Positions 12,644-26,235 of a DNA stretch of 64,000 nt are shown in pieces. The notes under the pieces are model-generated. The model made no database searches. It was not told the origin of the DNA and was given only the letters and a program-made list of their open reading frames with translations. The DNA is from Lingula anatina (lineage: Eukaryota > Animalia > Brachiopoda), in contig CM120640.1 of NCBI GenBank assembly GCA_051362555.1, forward strand, positions 47,222,788-47,286,787, given 5' to 3'. The position numbers and the translations under genes were made by a program. Numbering within the stretch: the first letter of the stretch is position 1; each line of letters begins with the position of its first letter.

Positions 12644-15600
12644 CAATTGCTGTTCAAAATCTTCCTTTTTCTCCATCTTAGCTTCAATTTGTTCTTCCTG
12701 CCCATCTTCACTGGACTTGTCTGCTTCCTGACAAAAACATTTAATAAACAGCATGTTGAATCTATCATCAGTAACTTTATCGCTTTAATTAATACTGTTT
12801 TTAAAAAAATATACATATATTACCATTTCTATTACTCTGCAGTAGATAGCATTTTGCATTCTGAGAAATACAATAATGATAAACTTGCAGCCAGCCGGCT
12901 GCCAACACTCAAAGAATCTGGGCATAAATATCATTTTTTGAGAAATTCTAAATTAAACCCATATCATCTTATTTGAGGTAAATCTAGAAAATGGTATTTT
13001 TTCCTTTTTACATTTTACCTTGTCAATGAGTTTGAGTGGGTTTACATCTGATGTTTCAGTGGGTTGCTCATTTGTCTGTTGTTCAGTTTGTTCATGATGT
13101 TCTTCTTCCTCTTCTTCAGCCTCCATACCAGAGATGCCATCCTTCTTCAAAACAAATAAATACCAACTTAAATGTAATTTCCCAAGGTAACATGATGCTA
13201 AATATGATGAATTTTATCATGTCAAATTTTTATTTACACTGATCAGTTTACCATTTAAAAATACATTATTGGTTAAGGACTGCAGGAATGCAGTGATTAC
13301 TGTGAATGCTTAAGCCAACAAAGTGAAGAGAAACAATTATGTTAGAATTGCAAAAACAAACAAACAAACAAACATACTTGTTCAAATGACTTCTAGGCAG
13401 GCTGCAGCAAATACAATTAGTGGAAGACATTCTTACAATTGACTGGATTCAATTAATGAACTTATGTTATACCAATCAAAACTGCATTTTACATTCCTGA
13501 GCATAGATCTTTGAATATATTAAATATTAAAAGCAAAAGTTAAAATGAAATGAATAATTATTATATCTCGCTCATGTGCAACATCTGCTGTATTTTTGTC
13601 TTATTTAGCATAATTCATATCTATAAAGTTAACTCCAGTTGCAGTCTTCCTGTAACCTCTTGCAAATGCTACATGCTTTTTACTCTAGCATGCAACATTT
13701 TTGTGTACAAGTCCTTAATTCATACATTGCATGATTAAGATCTTTAGTAGCTCAATGCCTATAGAAATGTCAGAAAATTCCAAATATGGTCTTATTAATG
13801 AGCACGACACGTGAACTTTGGAATCTCAATAAAGGTCAGTTTTCTTATGTTTAGATGTGTAGGACATGAGAAAAGCTGTTGTCTCGGAAAATCGTTAAAA
13901 AAAAACAACAAGTAAAGGCAAAATAGATATGACTGGCTCTACTTGAACTTGAAAACTGTCAGATGTGAGACAGTTCTCTTCTCAGTGGTCTTTTAAAAAA
14001 CTGCAAGCAGTGTTAAACTGTATCAATTTATCTAATGTATTATCTTCATGAATCTATATATAAGATATGCTCATCTGTTAAAGATGTATCCAATATCAAG
14101 ATCAAGCCACCAAAATACTTGTCAAGTATTGGAAAATTTTAAGACAAAGTGTGCAATGTGAAATGAAAACTGCACCATGTAATCTAACAGCAGTCTACCA
14201 CAGCCAATCCTGACATTCTTTCAACAGTCTGAGACTATTCAAAATGGTACCATTTTTTCACAAAATGAGCAAGCAGACCTTCTGTGTCTTGAAGATGGAT
14301 CATGAGACACCTGTGAAATCATGAACTGTCCATTCAAAGATTAATGTACTGGTCAGTACATACCTCTGTAGGGTACTTGGGAGTCAGTTGGGCTATAATT
14401 AATCATCATACCTATTCATATTTATCATTTACCTTTGGCCTTGATGTTCAAATAATGAAATATTTAACCTTGAGATGAATGCATGCTACATTAAATAAAG
14501 GCATAGTGGAGAATTGTTTGGACAAATAATTCATGAAATCCTGATCAAAATGTATCAACATTCCTTGATACAAAAATGCAACTTCCATGCCTTTAACAAA
14601 TGAGACACATTGACTTTCATTATTCACTGTCTTTGTCATGGTGACCAGAGCATTATGATACGGGTACCTTTGGTTTTATGTATGCATGAAAATATCTGAA
14701 AGTGACTCAGTTTAGCTTTCTGTGTGTTTATACAAAATTCCCCTTAAAGAACAAGAATGATATAATTTGACATTTGTTAGCCAAAAAAAAAAGAAGAAGA
14801 AGAAATGATACCACAATTCAGTATCAAATTGTCATTGTTTTTTTATATTTGTTACATTAATTGTAAAGCAATTTTATTTATTTCATTAAAGATAAACATA
14901 CTGAAGGCCATGTTGTAACTTTCCAATAAAATGACATTTATAAGAGCAATTAGTGAAAGATTCCAATATTTAATATTGACTAATCAAATTCACTGATGAT
15001 ATATATTAAGTTTCATTGTCACAGTCTGAACAGACATCACTGAGTGAAAACATTATTTACATTAATCATAATACAAACATATGAAATAACGCATTACTAA
15101 TTGCAGAGAACACTTGCATTTTCAGATTGTGCAAGGAAATCTCACCTGCTGCAATCATAGAGATATCAGTCTAGCCACACTTGATTAAAGCACTGTTGAT
15201 TAGATCCTATCTACAATCCAATATAGCAGTAATTTTGAATGAAACTACCCCATTAGTAACTATAAAGAGAGTGGCACTGAGTACTCTGGGATAACCCAAC
15301 TAGCAAACATTTGAACCCATGACCTTTTTATCAGAGGGTGAGTACTCAAGACCATGGCAGGTAATATAAGACTGAAATAGAAATCTGCACTAGCCTCTCC
15401 TAGCTCCAGGCTGTCTGTAGTGATTATAAAGTCTTGCTGGCATCACCTTGACCAATGTAGCCATCAGGGTAATAAAGGTATTTCAAGAAAAAAGGGCTTA
15501 GTATGGGCTACACGAGAAAACATACTGTACCTACCGGTAGTTGTTGGAGACATGTAATTATACCTTACCTCTTTAATGGTCACAGGCCCGTAGCCAGAAA

Positions 15601-17166
15601 TTTCAAAAGTGGGGTTCTTTTTTTTGAAAAAAAGGACCTTTTCCCATAAAAACTTCATGTACTTACATCAAATTTTACCCAGAGTGGACCTTTTCCCAGC
15701 AAAAGGGGCGGTTCTTTCGAACCCCCCCCCCCCCCCCCCCCGAATCCCCCCCCCCCTGGCTACGGGCCTGGGTCAATTTACACAATTTCTTTAATATGAG
15801 TTTGTAGTCCATTAGCCATGTGCTATAAATTTTTTATTATTTGTCTTCTAATTTGTGTATGTTCTTTCTAGTTTAATTTTAATGTACATGAAGACAAATC
15901 TCCCATTTACTTTAATTGGAAATTACCACAATGATATAGTTACCTTCAAGGAGTCGTCTTCCTCCTCCATATTGTCCTCAGGCTCTGTGCGTCTTGACTT
16001 CAACGATTCTTGATCATGAACATCTGCAATTTAAAAATGGCATTTTCTTTTCATATGCTTCAATGAGAAATAACAAAACTGAACTCAAAGTCTTTGTGTA
16101 TGTTCAAAGTTAGCAAAACTCAATAACCTACTGGTACCAGCAGAAATCTGTGAAAGATATATATATACATGTATACGTATCAATACTCACTGGAATGTTT
16201 AACTTAAACTAATGGCAGTCTTTTGATAAGATATCAATATCAATATTCCACTGAGAAAACAAAACTCTACCCTATGACATATTTCTTTTTGGTAAAATTT
16301 TAGAAAATGTGGTAAACCCATTTACATTTCTATTATGTTTATCCCCTTTATCACTGCAGCAACAGTTAATTTGTTAGCTACATTTGAAGCTGCTCCCAAC
16401 AACATGCATACATATGTTCCATCAAAAGTTTCTCTCTTGGCCTCTTGGCATTAATTGGTTTATAGTTTTTTTTTTTCAGAAAAGAGGTCATATCAGAGCC
16501 AAAAGTGAACATTTAAGCAAGGGCTGGGAAAGTCTCAAATACAAACGTACACCTAAAGCAGTTAAAATTATCTACATGAAGGTAGTGTTTATTGTAATCA
16601 AGCTAGTGTGTCAACAGCACATAACTGACACTGCCTTTGATCAGCTAAGATCATGTAAGATGAAGTCAAAGCCACAGTTCTGAACTGGTTTCAATCTGGA
16701 TTGGTTCAAGTATATAATTAAAACAACTGAGTGCCCCCCACCCCATCTCCGAAACTTGGTACTATTCTCACAGGTTCCAATCAAAATACTATCTGAAAAC
16801 CATACGTGCATTTTTTTTTCAGAGAGAAATTCTTGTCATACTGCCTCTTTTTCAAATAAAACATCTTTATTAGGTGATTAAAAAGGCTTGGAAGATCTAA
16901 GAAGGGCATTCATAGTGCAAAACCAATCTGTACCTGTCATTTAAATATATTATATATCTTGGATCTAGATATGTTTCAGTTTATCTTTTGGATTGTACTG
17001 AGCGCATCACATCTTATCAAATCATCTAAGGAAATGACATAAAAATAATTATAATAAAATAATAATAATAAAAATAATAACTATTTAAAAACAAAACCTT
17101 GTAACTAAAGAAATGGCAAAGGATGTAACACTTACCACATTTAAATGAAGGTGTCCTTTCACGTTT
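12644..17166 (-). CDS. Upstream small exons of the left-hand gene (acidic, Glu-rich)
   Basis: Exons 17166-17136 (KRERTPSFKC), 16023-15944 (DVHDQESLK...MEEEDDSLK), 13144-13019 (KDGISGMEAEEEEEE...LIDK) and 12727-12644 (EADKSSEDGQEEQ...FEQQL). All are GT-AG, frame-consistent, and end in phase 0. The true start codon is unresolved. Confidence 0.6.
15583..15770. mobile_element. MITE with CAGGCCCGTAGCCAG terminal inverted repeats and 5-bp TSD
   Basis: Left end CAGGCCCGTAGCCAG, right end CTGGCTACGGGCCTG, flanked by GGTCA on both sides (15578-15582, 15771-15775); poly-C tracts inside. Confidence 0.85.
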
Positions 17167-17995
17167 CTGAAAAAGAAGATAAAGAAATGATAATTTATTG
17201 TACTGAAGATCAGTTACATACAGGTTAACCATATCATTATTTATAACAGCTACGGATTTTTGAGGAAAATAAAAAGGCAAGGATTTTTTGCTGTTTTATG
17301 GTTAATTTGGCACAGCATATTCTTTAAAAACCTTTAGTGCATACTTTTTAACAGAATTGTAAAAAAAGATTTGTACTTTTAACTCTTACTCAAACCAACC
17401 ATCAAATCCTTCTGATCAAAATCTTGTTTTTAAAACACTAGTTATTTAGCTGACCACTTTTAAATCCCAATTTTCAATACCTTTCAAAACATTCCTAGAG
17501 TGGCCATTTAAAAATAGATTAAAACCACAACCTAAGTTCCCATAATATTAATTCCATTCAAAGCATCTATGAACCTTAATTTATTTGTACTTATTATCAT
17601 CTTTCTTAATTTCACTGCCAATAAATAACTTAAAATGGCAATAAAATCCAAGGCCACTGAACATTAAGTTGCCAATGAGTACATACTTTTTTCATGTTGC
17701 ACCTGGCCAAAAAATGAGAAAAATATCTTAACTTGTGGTCATTGTCAATGTAACATCCCATCTGTTATCAGCCCAAAACCCATGCAACCCAGCAACTATC
17801 TTCATATTCTCCTATATGTCTTTCCTGCACAACAACATATGTATATCAGGCTCACATTCTTCCACCCTCACAAATACTAAGTAATATTTCTACCAATACT
17901 GTATCAAACCCAGTGTTAGTATTGTGCCTTATTTAACCTGTATATTATTTGCAAACAATATCTTGCAAACAAGAAAAACTGCTTTGCAAAACATT

Positions 17996-18041
17996 CTGTT
18001 TGTTTGTTTGTTTGTTTGTTTGTTTGTTTGTTTGTTTGTTT
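17996..18041. repeat. (TTTG)n microsatellite
   Basis: Direct inspection. Confidence 0.9.
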
Positions 18042-19460
18042 TTGCCTTGTGAAATACAAATGCTCAAACATCTGCAAGAAAAATACATAAACTCACACCA
18101 AACCTCAGTCTAAAAGCAACTTTTAAAAACATTTTCCAATATCTATGATCCCCAAATTCATACCATACCTGTTTCATAAGACTGAGTACAATGCCTTAGG
18201 CTTTAAAAATACTTTTGTTTATGAGTATACCTCATATGAACATTAGATTCAAGATTTATATAGAGCAATGCAAAATTATTTATTTCAACACATCCCATAG
18301 AGTCTCATAAAAACAATTTGCTTTGTGTTGTCTTGCAACAAATCACCCTGATTGCATTTACAAAGCCATTTACCAAAATGATCTATGTTCTGTGCAGTTA
18401 AAGTGTTGCTTAACATATTGAGGTCAGCTATCTTATGACTTACAGGTCCTCCCATTGCTCTAACAGTGCACTCTTTTTAATAAATATTATGTGACAGAAA
18501 TATCCAATGTTTGTATAAGATCTGATGTTAAATCACTTCTAATATTTAAAACATAATACATGATTGAATTTTTTCCATGTCAATCTGAAAAGTCAACTTG
18601 ACATGTCTCCTTTTTATAATAAAATCAATTATATCAAATGTAATCTTTCTTTTTGGGAATGCAAATAATTCTTATAAATAATAATAATAAAAAATAATAA
18701 TAATAATAACTGCCTGAGAAGGATTGCACATATATATTTTCTTGTCAGATCTACATTAAATCATTTTATCTCTTAATTTGCATGTCTTTTCTGACACATA
18801 TTTTGAGGGCTGATCTGGTTCATGCCAAAGTAAAATGTTCAGCATACCTTCATGCAAGTTGAAAACCTGCCCATATCACAAACTATAAGCCCACTGTAAA
18901 ACAACTGGTTACTAAAGTGTAAACAAGCAAAATTTATAGGACTTTGAAATAAGGGGGTCAGAATTCTGTAGTGGTTTTCTATATTGATTGTTTTTTTTTT
19001 TTTTGTTTTGTTTTGTTTTTTTGTTTTTGTTTGTTTGTTTTTTTACATCCTAACTTAAAAATATTACCTAAATGCATTTTACTTATGATGACAGATCAAA
19101 TTGTCAATAAACCTATCACCTTTTGAACTTTTTTTTAATCATTCAGTTAGTCAAGGTTCTTAATTGTATCTAAATTATATTTCAATTATATTAATACAGT
19201 ATTTGCTCCCTTCCTCCAGCAGTAATTTAACCACAACCCTAGCTTATTCAGGTTACTATATGTAATTTTTCTTGGTAATCATCTACAGAGTAAGTAATCT
19301 AAAATCCATCTTGCCTTATGCCAATATTAAATCATCTGCAGGTAAATGGACTCTTTTTAGCAGCAAGTTTACAAATATCATGCATTTCAGATAACACAAA
19401 TGTGCATGAATGTGCACATGCACATACGCACACATATGCACACATGTGCACACACACTAA

Positions 19461-19629
19461 GGCTTCGTTCACATGCAATGTCTTATAGTAACTATAACGT
19501 TACTATAAGTAACTGGCTCGCGCTGCCAGTAATTACGCGGCGGGATATTCAGGGCACAGACCGTGATCATAAGATAGCGCGAATAGAAAATAGATTTTTA
19601 AAAAATAGACATTCCATGTGAACGAAGCC
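19461..19629. mobile_element. PIF/Harbinger-type MITE (169 bp)
   Basis: TIR GGCTTCGTTCACATG ... CATGTGAACGAAGCC, TAA on both flanks; retains CpGs in otherwise CpG-poor DNA. Confidence 0.85.
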
Positions 19630-21269
19630 TAAAACTATATGATTCTTCAGAAATATGCCAATTTTTGGTTCTAAGAGGCATGAATCAAAATTTCACTGTG
19701 ATTATTACAGCCATACCCAGCAAGTGTTCAAGTCATACCTGCAAAAAAACATAAAAAGCTCCCTCTTTCAACATAAACCCTGTACTCTTCAAACAAAATC
19801 AACAATTAAAAAAAGATTTTGACATGTTCTTTTACCTGCTGGATGTGTGTATACACTGTTCAAGCAAGATGCCTCAAAGTTCAAGGCAATGATCTAGATT
19901 CTGAATCATATTGCAGCCCCCATATACCGGTACATGTAGCAAAGCCAGCAAAGCTCTCAAGTTATCATGTATTTGGGGGCCCACCTGGAAACATAGACAT
20001 AAATAACCACTGCTGCAGAATGAACATGCAGTAAATGGAATCTCCCAGGAAGAACAGACAATCTAGCTCTCCAGAGCTTGCTTTTCCTTTATGTTTCAGA
20101 AAGAGCAATGATGCCTGCTTGGTCATTTCCATATACAGTCAGACTTTTTGCTGCACCAAGTGATTAAAAGAGGCATGAAATCTATGGACAGCTTATCCCA
20201 GCAACTGCTGGGCAGTGCTTCTGCAAGATTGCATTATACGTAGCTCTGATAACTGCTTATACGTACATGTTATATATGCAAACTTACCTCATGTACAAGA
20301 GCTTTGGCTCTGCATACTAGCTACACTCTGGCACATCCATCATAACCTTCTATAATGCACAAGCCTGAGATGGAGCCTAGGATCTAGTTCAACCTTGTAA
20401 AAAGCACTTCTAAGCTGCTCTAAATATAAACTTTCTCCTTGCTATCAATATTTTAATGGTTCTCCATGCCCTGCACAATATAAACTTCCACTAGCTCAGC
20501 TATCAACAGCAGCTATAATGTTTTTATAATTTGTTTTAATCTTGCCTAATAGAAGTAAACAATATTAGAAGCAGGTCAACACAATTAGTATAAGCTGGGA
20601 AAAATCTTACCAGTCATCTACTCCACCCTTCTATGATAACTTATTATAATTCTAAATTTGATTTACTTAAAGGGAACAGAATTAAAAGTTAACCAACAAA
20701 TTAAAAGAACACTGAAAACAACAGGACATCAAAGAGTCAACCATCATCTTGCTTCATCCAATATAACAATCATTTTCCAAGATAAAACAAAAATACAAGT
20801 GCCTATGAAAAAAACAAAATATATTTTCAATGGTAAAGATCCTCCACTGTTTTCTTTTCAATAAATGCAAACAGTCTTTTGAAAGAAAGCAAATATTATA
20901 ACGTTTAAACTACTGCCAGTATATACCTGAATAGTATATTTGTACCGACTCTCCTAAAGAAACAGAAATCATTACAAAAATACGGCTTTTCTCATTGTGG
21001 GTTCTTTTTGCTGGCCATTCAGTCAAGTCAAGTAGCTGCTGATGATATCACTTGCTACCCCCTTATAGATAACATGTATATTTTCACTGTATTTATACCT
21101 CCTTTTTTAGATAAAACTAAATGGTGGCACTGCAGGTACAATCACTATGTAAGATATAAAGTACATATAACATACTAACTGAAAAAAACACCCAACTGAA
21201 TATTGATTCTTAGCTTTCGATTTACTGGTACTGTTACACTTCTCCCCCCCCCCCCCCCACCCCCTCCAT

Positions 21270-21270
<1 letters not shown>

Positions 21271-21309
<39 letters not shown>
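21271..21309. repeat. (CT)n microsatellite
   Basis: Direct inspection. Confidence 0.9.
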
Positions 21310-21312
<3 letters not shown>

Positions 21313-24300
21313 CAATCAATCAACATGTACTTGCTATATCCTTTAACTTATATTCTATCCATACACCCCAGTCTGTCCAACATACAGTCCTAGTCCGGGT
21401 ACCTTAATATCCATACAACAAGTGATCATACATATCAGTGTTTTTTGTTTGAAGAAACTTAACAGGTCAGATAGTATTTCACACCTTAGTTCTGTGTACA
21501 TACAAATAGGCCACTTTCCACAGACCCCAACACAATAAATGGTTGACTAAAAGACACCTTATTAAGCCTGAAATAGGTACCTTTTACTGACACCTACACT
21601 ATAATTCTTTGACTATTTTGTTCCTAATTATTAAGTCAGGTAAACATTTAAGGTAGCAAATACTTCAAATTCTACAAAACAAACCACCTGTACTTATCTT
21701 AGATACTAACTGGTCCAGTTATCCATAACAGATACCTTTTTAAGCCATGCCTATTAAAACTGTTCACTGACAGGTAAACAAAGTCTCCACCCTACAGTAC
21801 CTGATAAACCAACCAGCAGTTATGAAGACAAGAGCAGGTGCCAGTAGTGAGTACCTGTACAATCTTTCTCCACTGCTGCCTTGAAGGAGGAGGAGTATTA
21901 ATTAAGCAGCCGTACACAGCTAGCACAGTTCCGTTTACCCCACACTTATGGTGTGAGGCCTGAGCATGCGGCAAGGGTAATACAAAGCAAACACTAAGTG
22001 AGCCTTTCTAATAACAATACCTCTGATCAAACAGCCAATATATTACTGATTGCTTGACCGGGTAGATGTAAATGCCTGGGTCTTGGTAAGCATGTGTGCT
22101 GTTGTGCCATTGATCTAAGCGCTCTCAAACAAAACAACATTTCTTATTGTAATATAAAGCATGAGACATACAAGAGTGTTAGTGCAGTGCATGTTCTGAT
22201 CACACATAGACAGTCTAAGAATGTCTACTGCCAAATTTTCCTTGTTTAGTACAACATGTTGGTCAGTTAGCTGTACAGATATGCCACTACTTTTTGCACT
22301 TGAGAACTAAATTTTGCAGATTTTTTTAATCAAGTTTTTTTTTTCAGAGAATCAATACATGCACACACTTATACACACCTATGTGCAAATGGAAAGCGTT
22401 GCAATATATATACCTTTACACCACAAAAATAGCAAAGCTTACTTGTTAATATAGGGCAGCTGTCCATGAACAAACTGAATAACTCATCAACTTCTGGATG
22501 TTCAGGTGTGCACTTCCCTCTCAGTTGTTTTACCTGTACTGGCAGATCCCCACATAACAAGTTAAAGATATAGGTGTATGGTAGGTACAATAAAGGTACC
22601 AGAAACTAAAATTAACAGGTAGACATTGGACCCTCTGATAAGGACTATGTATTGAGACATATATTATAATTAATCATGTGAATAGATGATACAGTATCAA
22701 TTGAAGTGGACAATATCCAAACACTGATATCAGACATTAAAAAAAAAAAACCAATGAAAATTTGTTGATAAAAAATCTGATATGGACATCTTTTGCAATA
22801 ATTAACCATGCTTCTTTTGGTCATAAATAACTGCTAAATTTACCAAATACTTAAATGCCAGCCAATGTAATTAAACTTTCAGACAAATAAAAAATTAAGC
22901 AATACTTTCTGTAAATTTTCTTTACTTGAAGTATTCTAAACTTTTTTTCAGACAGAGGTGAAGGTACATTTTTCTAATGTGACCTTAGCTTTCAGTCACT
23001 TCAGGCAAAATGAATGAAATGAACTAATTGAATTTTAAAAATGCTCATGTCAGCTAAGATTTCAATTTCAGGAAAATGCTATCCAACAATTAACATTAAA
23101 TGGGCATAATGAATATAACATCTGCCTATCAAAGTTTTTCAAATCTCCATCTCAAATACATTCACGCTGTATTAATTATATCTGACATGCTCTTTTCACT
23201 CAATATGATTGACAGATTCTCCTATTAAATCCTGGCGTGGTCCCCAGTTAAGTACAAAACCAGCTCCTGATCTATGAGGAGGTTATTAAAATACATTGAT
23301 CTCTACTTGTGGTTTTCTGGTATGGACTTTAGCCACAGCTGTGTATACACACAGTTTAGAGATATAATGTAGAGCAGGGGATTTATGCATATTTGGGGGA
23401 GGGGGGGGGGTCTTAATTTTGATATAGACATATTGACTAGAACACAAAAAAGCTGGTGATTATACAATTACATTGGAAACAAGAAGCATATTTATCTGTC
23501 AATCTGATTGCATTCAGCGAGAGTCTCCCTGGGGGTAAGATCCCAAAGAATCATATTATATCTGTCTAATTCGTGAGAAATTAGTATATATATTTGTCCT
23601 GCTAAATTTTACTAGGCTCAAATTAGTTTCACTAGTAAAAAATAGCTTTTATAGTCATGATATCTTATTTGAATAGGTTAACATGGCAGGGCCTATGATA
23701 TGATAAATGATTAGGTCCATGTAATTGCTTATATTCCAAATGATAAGTTACATGCATCTGTCAGAGCATTTCAGATGGAAATTAGAAATAGGAATTACCA
23801 ATAAAAAGTTGAAATAACATAAGTTAAACAAAATCATTTTATAAGTCAGATCTGATATTCATTAGTAATGTATGTCTTACAGGTTAGTGTAAATTTCACA
23901 CAGAAGTCTATTTCTATAAAACTTTTGCAGTGTACGTTGTACAGGATAAACAGAGGGCATGCAGGTAAATGTGTTTGGGGGAGGGGATCTACAACCACAG
24001 GTATATTGATTCCTTTGGGAGAGATGTGGGATATAATGCAGCATACATGTTATAAAGAGATTTGCTACTGTTACTACCATATATGGTACAAGTATGTATG
24101 TGTGTGCATGTACGTGCATGAACACATGGGCACGTGCGTGTGCATGTGTTCATGCGTGCGTGTGTGCGTGTATGTCTGTGTGTGTGTAACTATTCAGTCA
24201 GAGGGTTACTAGTACCTTAGACCCTGTAATCTCCATCTATGGAATTCCTGGGGATCTCTCAATGCCCTGCAGCCTCAGCCTCTTCCTTATGGATTCAGAT

Positions 24301-25295
24301 TATAAGTGAAGTCTCCTTTGTCAAATACTGCCCTTACTTCAATCCAGATTTAACATCACTTTTTAGACTTCTTGTCCTGAAACAATATTATATGTGTATG
24401 CATCTAAGTCTATTTCACCTATTTTGTCTCACTATAGTAAAATACCATCAATACATTATTACATCCAGCCATCTACATCTACTATTTCTTAAAGGGTGTA
24501 ATTCATAAATTAATCTACATTAAGTCTTTTGATCTATTGTGTAACATCAAAAGTCAGTCCTTCATTATAAAAACATGGAAAACTCAAGTAGAAGAGTGAT
24601 TTTTTTCAAATTTTTATTAACAAAGAAAAAAATACATATAAAATACCTAACAATATATAATTACTATCAACTCTCAAATTATCACAAAATGGGCCTTGAT
24701 AATTTTAAATCTCTGCTAACGTGAGTGGTCATGTGTCAAATCTGCTTATCAGTATGAGCAAATATAGACATTAACTGTATTTACAAGAGTTCAAAGGAGT
24801 AGGTGGAGCATTAATTATAATGTTGGAGCATTCTGCTGCTGAGTCACACTTTTTCAGTGTTCAGTGTAAATACACTACAGTTTCAATCCATCCTATAGAC
24901 ACAAACAAGTGCAAGGCAATAGACTACATGTAACATTTACTGAACAAGAACAAGAATGCATAAATTTATAAATCATACTGCTAACATATTTAACAAAAAA
25001 TATGATATTGTATCAATTATTAACAGAATGTCTCTATAAACTTAAGTACTAAAAGTAGGGAATATTTGCATACATTTGCGCAGTAATACATGTGTATGTA
25101 GGCAAAACGACTGAAAAAGAATTTAAAAAGCACCCACCCACATAAACCTTTCTTTTTCCCTCTCTTTTTGTGCTCTACAGTATATACAAACCGCGATAAT
25201 TTATTTTTTACAGTTAGCTTCTCAGGTCAGTGATTAGATGCACATTTATAAGTTTGTACAACAAGCCTGGGATAGCCAGAAGTTGTAGAACTCAC

Positions 25296-25746
25296 TTGTT
25301 CTTCATTACCGTACCCGCCAGCAACACTTCACACAGGTGCTAAACTAAACGACACTTCGCTTACTCCCTGCTGTGTTGGTCTCTAAGCAAACCATGTTCA
25401 ATTTCATTGCGTTTGCAATTCAACTTGAGCTCAACTACCACAATTTTCACACTTTTCAGAACACGCGTGTACTTTTGAAGGAGAAACAAAATTCCACTTT
25501 GTATTTTGAATTTTGAAACTCTGTTGTAGACTTTTTTATTCCATATCTAATAATATTTGATTTTTTCAGGTTTTAAAGATTTGTAAAATTAGATGTTTTG
25601 GTGGAAATATTAATTTGATATGCATGAAAGATAAACTTTTCTCTTGCTATACTCATATCGCGCACATTTGTAAACACAAGTGAGTTCGAAGGTGGTCGCC
25701 AGAATCCCTTGCTTGAATCAGCTTTCCTGGGGGCACGTAAGGTGAC
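25296..25746. promoter_or_regulatory. Probable bidirectional promoter / first-exon region shared by the left-hand gene (-) and the gkup-like gene (+)
   Basis: Local CpG enrichment in CpG-poor surroundings; a minus-strand donor (CAA|gtgag at 25296) lies ~450 bp from the plus-strand ATG at 25747. Confidence 0.55.
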
Positions 25747-26196
25747 ATGATTTGCATAATTCTTGTCGCAGGCCATGGGACATTGCTTGGGACCGAGATA
25801 AAGGTATAAGAAGATGACTCTAGTGTGTTGAGTAAGATATGTGACTGTGTTGTACATGTACGTGCTGGTATAGTAAATAAGTGTGTTGACGTCAGTGTGT
25901 GGGTAGAGGGGGGGGGGTGTTCTTTGCTTCTTCTCCTTTAAAAGATATATAATATTTTGATCATACTAAAGGTGTTTTTTTTGTGTTATTTTGATTTTCT
26001 CTTTGACTGTCTTTGATATGGTGCAAATGTTAATATAAAAATAATTCTCAAATAGAGATGTACTACCGTAGAAGTCCTGTGTCTAATAACTGTCATTTGA
26101 AAATAATAAAATACATCATCACCTTGTGCTACATGTTGCAGTCATAAAGGAAGAGTGAAGTGTACACAAACCAATACTGAATATATAGCAACTGCT

Positions 26197-26235
<39 letters not shown>

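Noticed and set aside
15272-15360. tRNA gene or tRNA-derived SINE head on the minus strand (GGTTCAAAT B-box-like)
   Set aside because: Too degenerate; no cloverleaf can be drawn.
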